NCBI RefSeq assembly: GCF_009914755.1
Contig: NC_060926.1
From: the human T2T-CHM13v2.0 reference genome, Homo sapiens
Reading direction: 5' to 3' (one strand)
DNA: 64,000 nt
The notes below the pieces were generated by a model. It had not been told where the DNA came from and made no database searches. It worked only from the letters and a program-made list of their open reading frames with translations. Positions 58,424-64,000 of the stretch are shown one piece after another. The stretch's first letter is position 1, and the number at the start of each line of letters is the position of its first letter. The translations under genes were made by a program, and so were the position numbers.

Positions 58424-59796
58424 TTATTCTAGAAAATTTCTAGACAAAGGCTTTTTTACTCGGTAAAGTAACCAAGTAATTCTCTTATACTCATTTTGTA
58501 AGTGAGTAATATGTGATCCTAAAGTTAGCTTTTTAATCTAGAGTTACAAGGTCAGGCAATTTTGATTTTCAATTCCTTCCCTTTAACATCTCTGAGGAAT
58601 TGAGAATTAGCAGAATGTAGCTTTCTGTTGATTGTTTGTAGTTTGGATAGCAAACCTTAACCCGTCATTCCTAAGTGGCAGTTTGGTTGTCAGCAAAGCC
58701 TTGCATTGTGCATAGGACTTTATTTATTGCATTGTGCATAGTGCTTGTATTCCTATTTTTATACCAAAAAAGTCAGATTAATTATTAAAAATGTGACTTG
58801 TCAGTGTTTTTACTGTAATATTTATTTATGACCTCAAGTAGTAACTTGAGTCAGAAGAGCAACAATAATATACTCTTTTGAAGAAAGCCATCCTATTCAG
58901 GTATCATGTTGGCAAGCCAGATATTTCATATGGACTGCACTGTCTCCTACTGTCACTGTAGTTGTTTGTGATGTTTATTCATTCAGTAACTTAGCCTCAT
59001 AAGCACAGGGACCTTTTCTTTGTTACCTTTGTATACTCCATCATTTGGTATAGATGGCATATTGGTATTTGCTCAGTAAATATTTGTGACTGAATGTACA
59101 GCACCTTCTATGTGCTTTAGACGCAGAAAGGAGTAAGATGTACCCATTCACAAGCAGCTTATTGCTTAGTAGGAGAGAAAGGAGTTTTACACAGATGAAC
59201 ACATTTTAAGGTGTTAATGTGGAAAATGAAAATGATACTGTGGAAATTTATATCGTGAAGGACATGATTTGAACCAGAGTTTAAATATCAATTCATGTAA
59301 TAGCTAATTGACTATAATGTACTATTGAATTAGTTTTTACAGATTAGTCTTGAAATGATTCCTGTATGCCAGAATGCCATGAGTTTTTTTTTAGATGCCT
59401 GTTGTTACGCTCATATAGGGAAGTGTATGACACCCAGTAGAGTTATTAAGAGAGTTGAAACAGTTTTGGGATCTAGTGTAGAGTCACCTTTTAGGACGGG
59501 CAAAATTGTATTATAAACAGTGCCTATTGAACGAATTTGGAAGAACAGAAACTGTTACGGAGGATGGACTAAAGAAACAGTGCTGCTTGATTATTAATCA
59601 AGTAATGCATAGATTTTACTTAATTTTGGCTTAAAGTGATGGGTCACTTTCTGTAAAAGCCAAGTACTTGGAAGAAGATTGTTTATACATTATAGGTGCT
59701 TGGTCAGTAGGAGTTTATTTGAAATAGCCTAGCCACCTTGCAAAATTCATCAAGGCTTTCAAAATACCTCCCACAAAAATTTCCAAAGATATAGGT

Positions 59797-59983
59797 CAGT
59801 GATTCTCAAGCTTTAGCATGCTTCAGAATCACCTAGAGGGCCTGTTAAAACAGAGATCAGTGGGTCTTATTCCTCTTAGTGTCTGATTAAGTCTAGAATA
59901 GGGCCTGGGAATTTGCATTTTTAAGAAGTTCCCAGGTGATCCTGGTGCTGCTTGTCCAAGGACCCAACTTTGAAAACCAGCAG
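59797..59983. mobile_element. MER5A
   Basis: CAGTGATTCTCAAGCTTTAGCATGCTTCAGAATCACCTAGAGGG...TTCCCAGGTGAT...CTTTGAAAACCA. Confidence 0.9.
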
Positions 59984-60347
59984 TTTGAGAGGTAGTATTG
60001 TAGTTCTTATCTTGGCCACACACCAGAATATCTAGGATGCTTTTATAAAGTACACTTAAAAGCTTTATCCTAGATCTACCAACCAAATCACAAGTTAGGG
60101 GTGATTCTGGATTCAGTAGAATTGATTTGTCTAGGTAGAAAAAAGGGATTGGCGTGTGTGCCCATGATCCATGCCTTTCTGCCTTACCATTTTACCACAC
60201 CTTTCAGGGCTTCTTTCCTTGTGGTCTAATTTATTGGCTTTCAAATGTTTTTTTGACTATCACTCATTTTGTGTGTGTGTGTGTGTGTGTGTAACTGAAA
60301 TAAAGTGCACTTTGACAGACATATCTATATTACACATATACCAATAC

Positions 60348-60978
60348 AGTTGATTTTCATTATTCGAGATAGTTATGTTCTGTTATGTTGCCATGAGCAC
60401 GAATTATTTAATACCTAAGCCATTGCTCCAAGGGACATAATAGGGTTAAGTTCTCGCTAGACCCTGGTCACAACAGTTTCATCTGCTGATCAGTTTGTAA
60501 CTTTGTTTTATGTATGTTTCTGTTTTTAAATTGTGTATTTAAAATACATTGTTGATTCATTGACATTGAACTCACAGCCGGCAGCATTGTAACTCATGTC
60601 TGAAGGAAGCTTATGTTACACATGTATTTTCTCCATGAGGCACATGACAGTCTTCTTGTGCTGAGGAACACCGGACTGCACTTCAGCACCATACTCGGGG
60701 GCACCTTTAGACAGTGAAATTACCCACAAAAGGCATAAAAATGTGAAAAACATGGTACAAGTAGAACATGAAAAGGATGCTTGTTTATAGTATGAGAGTT
60801 GAAACAAGATGTCAGAGTGTCACCTTGTTTGACCTCAGCTGGGAGTATATGTCAGGTGGGCAACTCAAATATTTCACTGTTCTGCACGTGTCTGCAAGTG
60901 ACTGAGAAACTGTCACAAATAAAATTTAGCAAGTAGGCGAATTTGCAAATAGGGAATTTGCAAGTAATGAAGATTAGC

Positions 60979-60980
<2 letters not shown>
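60348..60980. mobile_element. MER82-like Tigger element
   Basis: TIRs CAGTTGATTTTCATTATTCG and CAAGTAATGAAGATTAGCTG; TA target at the left end. Confidence 0.8.
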
Positions 60981-61013
<33 letters not shown>

Positions 61014-61988
61014 GCATTTTTCCCTTTTCAGTTCTATTTTGTTAAAAATAATTTTGGTCATGAGCTACTAGATTGATTTCATGATTCACTAGTGGTTCAA
61101 CTCACAGTTTGAAAAACGCTGCTTTACTTAATTCAGCGACATGGGTTATATATTACTTACTACTTATGCAATGATAAGTGATAAATGATATTAAACTATA
61201 TATGTATGTTATATAGTTTATTTTGTATGATTATTATAGTTTTATTATTAAAAGATATATATGTATATCTTTTCCCCCTTTGTGTAGTAAATATAGAGTT
61301 TAGTCTTGATGGGGAACTTGGGTTTTGCAGGGTATATCCTCAAGTTTGTATTTGTAATAGATCATTATTGGATGGACTGTGGAGGCAGTGCATGGGTGGT
61401 GGTGGTGGCAGAAAACTAGAGACAAAACTAGTTATGAGTTTACTGAACTGTGATTTCTGACTGCATTTTCAGCAAATTTATGGCAGAATAAAAACAATTC
61501 GGATACTTTGTGGATTAAGGAGTTTCATTTAAATCTTCATCTTATGTCAGGGTTTCTTAACTGAGGTCTTTGGTGCCTAGATAGACTTAATGGAGTCTGT
61601 GAACTTTCTGGGTTTGTTTTGTTTTGTTACCGCAGTTTCATATGGATGTTTACCACTTCCCTTCCAGAGAATCATCAGACCTAGAGTAAATGACCCTGAT
61701 GACTCATTAAGGAGGTTAAGAATCACATTTTAGTTGATAATGCAGATTGCTTTTTTAAAAAAAAATAGTTAATCTTCATTGCATGTGAATCACAAAGGTT
61801 TAAATTTTCTGAGAAATCTGAGGAGGTATTTTAAAGTTTTAGACTGAATTTATACTGATGTGAAATGCAGAATTTTACTTATTGATACTTTGTTGTTTGT
61901 GGAAACATATTACTGATGAATAGAAATGTATTGAATATAAATAATATTATTACATTTAAGCACTAAAGTAAATCTAGATATTGTGACT

Positions 61989-62117
61989 AGGCACTCTGGC
62001 TTATGCTTGTAATCCCAGCCTTTTGGTAGACTGAGACAGGAAGATAACTTGAGGCCAGGAGTTTGAGACTAGCCCAGGCAACATAGCAAGTTTCTACACA
62101 CAAAAATTAAAAAAAAT
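61989..62117 (+). mobile_element. Alu left monomer (FLAM-like)
   Basis: Single arm; AAATCTAGATA repeated on both sides. Confidence 0.8.
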
Positions 62118-63049
62118 CTAGATACCATTTGCCTGTATTGCAGTGGTATTGTGTTTAGAAACAGTGGCATAAATAAAAGTTGCCCTTTATTTACTGTTAG
62201 GACATTAACACAGCACAGGAAGGTGCTGATTCTGTAGAGTAATAAAACAGTACAGATGGTCGTTGGAAAGGTACTCAGCCACCTAAGCATATCTTGAGGT
62301 AGTTAATTTCTCTGTAAACTAGAAAAATGAAACCCCAGATTGTTTACATTATATTCTGTTTTTGGAAATACCTACTCTTCCATTATAACAATATCATGTG
62401 TGTTCATTTGTAAAAAAATTCAGAATATGCAGAAAAAGTGTGAAGAAGAAAACACAAATCCCTTAAATTTCCACATCTCTGAGATATCTCTGTGGTTGAC
62501 CTTTGGGTGAATGTACATTCTTCCATACTTTTTTTCTATGTAATATATTTGTATGTGAATAGGTCTATGTGTGTAAGAGAGAGAAAGAGAAAGAGAGGTT
62601 TGTTTTTTAAAATCTATTTCAGATTGAAAAATTTCAGGAAAGAATTTCTTTAGCTCCTTTTGAGCCATCACTTCAGTTATTGGATTAGCTTTATTCACTG
62701 TAGCCTGAGACATGGGCGTTGTAAGAGAATGGCAGCTTGTATTGGGTCACTGGTCTAAAGGGAGCTTGAGAGGAAGGGATAGTCATTTTCCAAAACAAGA
62801 GAATTTTAAATATAGATATGGTCATTAAAGAAATTCTTGTGTGCTGAGCATCAATTCTTATTTGTTATTACTGTAACTAGTTAGTGGTCTGGTGTATATG
62901 TTGACTGTAATCTATTCAGTTCCATATTGAGGGAAATTGACATATCAGTCAGAGTTTTTTTTTTTTTAAGTCCTTAATAAAAAATGCTTTTGGTTTTTGA
63001 ATTAAAGTTAAGTAGATTTCCCCCTTCAAGTTAATTACCTCATTTTTTC

Positions 63050-64000
63050 CTTAGAACTTTTGTAGTTTGTTCTAGTATACACTGCGTTGTAGATCAGTAT
63101 ATTCATTCAAGTGGATATCCAGTTGTCTAAACATCATTTAAAAAAATAATCTTTTCTCCCTGGTATGAGATGCTACCTCCATCCTATTTGAATTTTTTTT
63201 TTTAGCTCATTTGGTGTATATTTTAACTTTTAATTTTGTTCCCTTTAAATTTTCCTTCAGAATTTTTTTTGTGTGCAAGAAACTGTTTAAATCATTAATT
63301 GTTTTATCTTTTCAAAGATAAGATTATTAATTGTTTATTATCTTATCTTTTATCATTTATTTTTATATCTGGTAGAGCTAGTCACTTCCCCTTACTCATT
63401 ATTCTACTTTTTCAGAGTTTACTGGCAATTGTTTCTTATTTTTTCATATGAACTTTATCATTGTTTTGTCTAACTCCCAAAAATAATGTTGGCAGTTTTA
63501 CTGGGATTCACCATACATTTATAAATTAGCTTATAGAGAATTGACATCTTTATGATGTTGACTTCCTGTTTTGGAATGTGGTTTGTCTCTTCATTTGTCA
63601 AAGTCTACTTGTGTATCCTGTTGGAGGGTTGGTTTTGTGCATTTTTTGTTGAGCTTATGCCTAGGAATCTCATCTATTTGGTATTGTAAATGGAATCTTC
63701 TCTCTCATTATACCTTATAACTTGTTAAAGCTGTTGATTTCTATGTTAATTTTTATATCCTGCAACTTTATTAAATTGTTTGTCCTAGTTTTCTCTGATT
63801 CTCTTATGTAATTGAGTTAGATACCATATCACCACCTAATAGAGATAGTTCACCTCTCCTTTTCCAAATAGTATGCTTCTAATTACATTTCCCTGTTGTG
63901 TTCGCAAATACTTCCAATTCTGTGTTAAATAGTAGTGGAGATAATGGGCATTTTTGTTTTGTTTCTGAACTTGTGTCTCTAGTGTTTCTTTGTTAAATGC
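63050..64000 (-). mobile_element. Old L1M ORF2 fragment
   Basis: GGATATCCAGTTGTC, AGAATTGACATCTTTATGATGTTGA and TTAAATAGTAGTGGAGATAATGGGCA motifs. Confidence 0.7.

Noticed and set aside
58701-58741. 15-bp direct repeat TTGCATTGTGCATAG
   Set aside because: Only two copies; an ordinary local duplication with no further structure.

Overview
Primate, most likely human, nuclear DNA; it is not prokaryotic, and I see no CRISPR array, operon or RNA gene. About 46 kb of repeat-rich intergenic sequence (Alu, L1, L2/MIR, MaLR LTRs, hAT and TcMar DNA transposons) precedes a CpG-island promoter (~46480-48320). The island contains the first coding exon of EPC2 (Enhancer of Polycomb homolog 2, a NuA4/TIP60 subunit; + strand, CDS 47403-47555), followed by ~16 kb of intron 1. 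Almost all other ORFs in the track are repeat- or GC-composition artefacts. I cannot demonstrate a new biological system from sequence alone. The best candidate is a compact post-transcriptional control module around exon 1. It comprises two AUG uORFs (one with three in-frame AUGs), a structured CGTA/TACG-rich intronic segment with mutually exclusive hairpins over two GTAAG donor-like sites, a candidate poison exon with an in-frame stop ~340 nt into the intron, and a perfect antisense TISU/YY1 element heading a long antisense ORF. A 20-bp collapsed piggyBac (MER85) remnant with both TTAA target sites and a 44-bp-period degenerate repeat are also notable. Repeat subfamily names are from recalled consensus similarity, and their boundaries are approximate.
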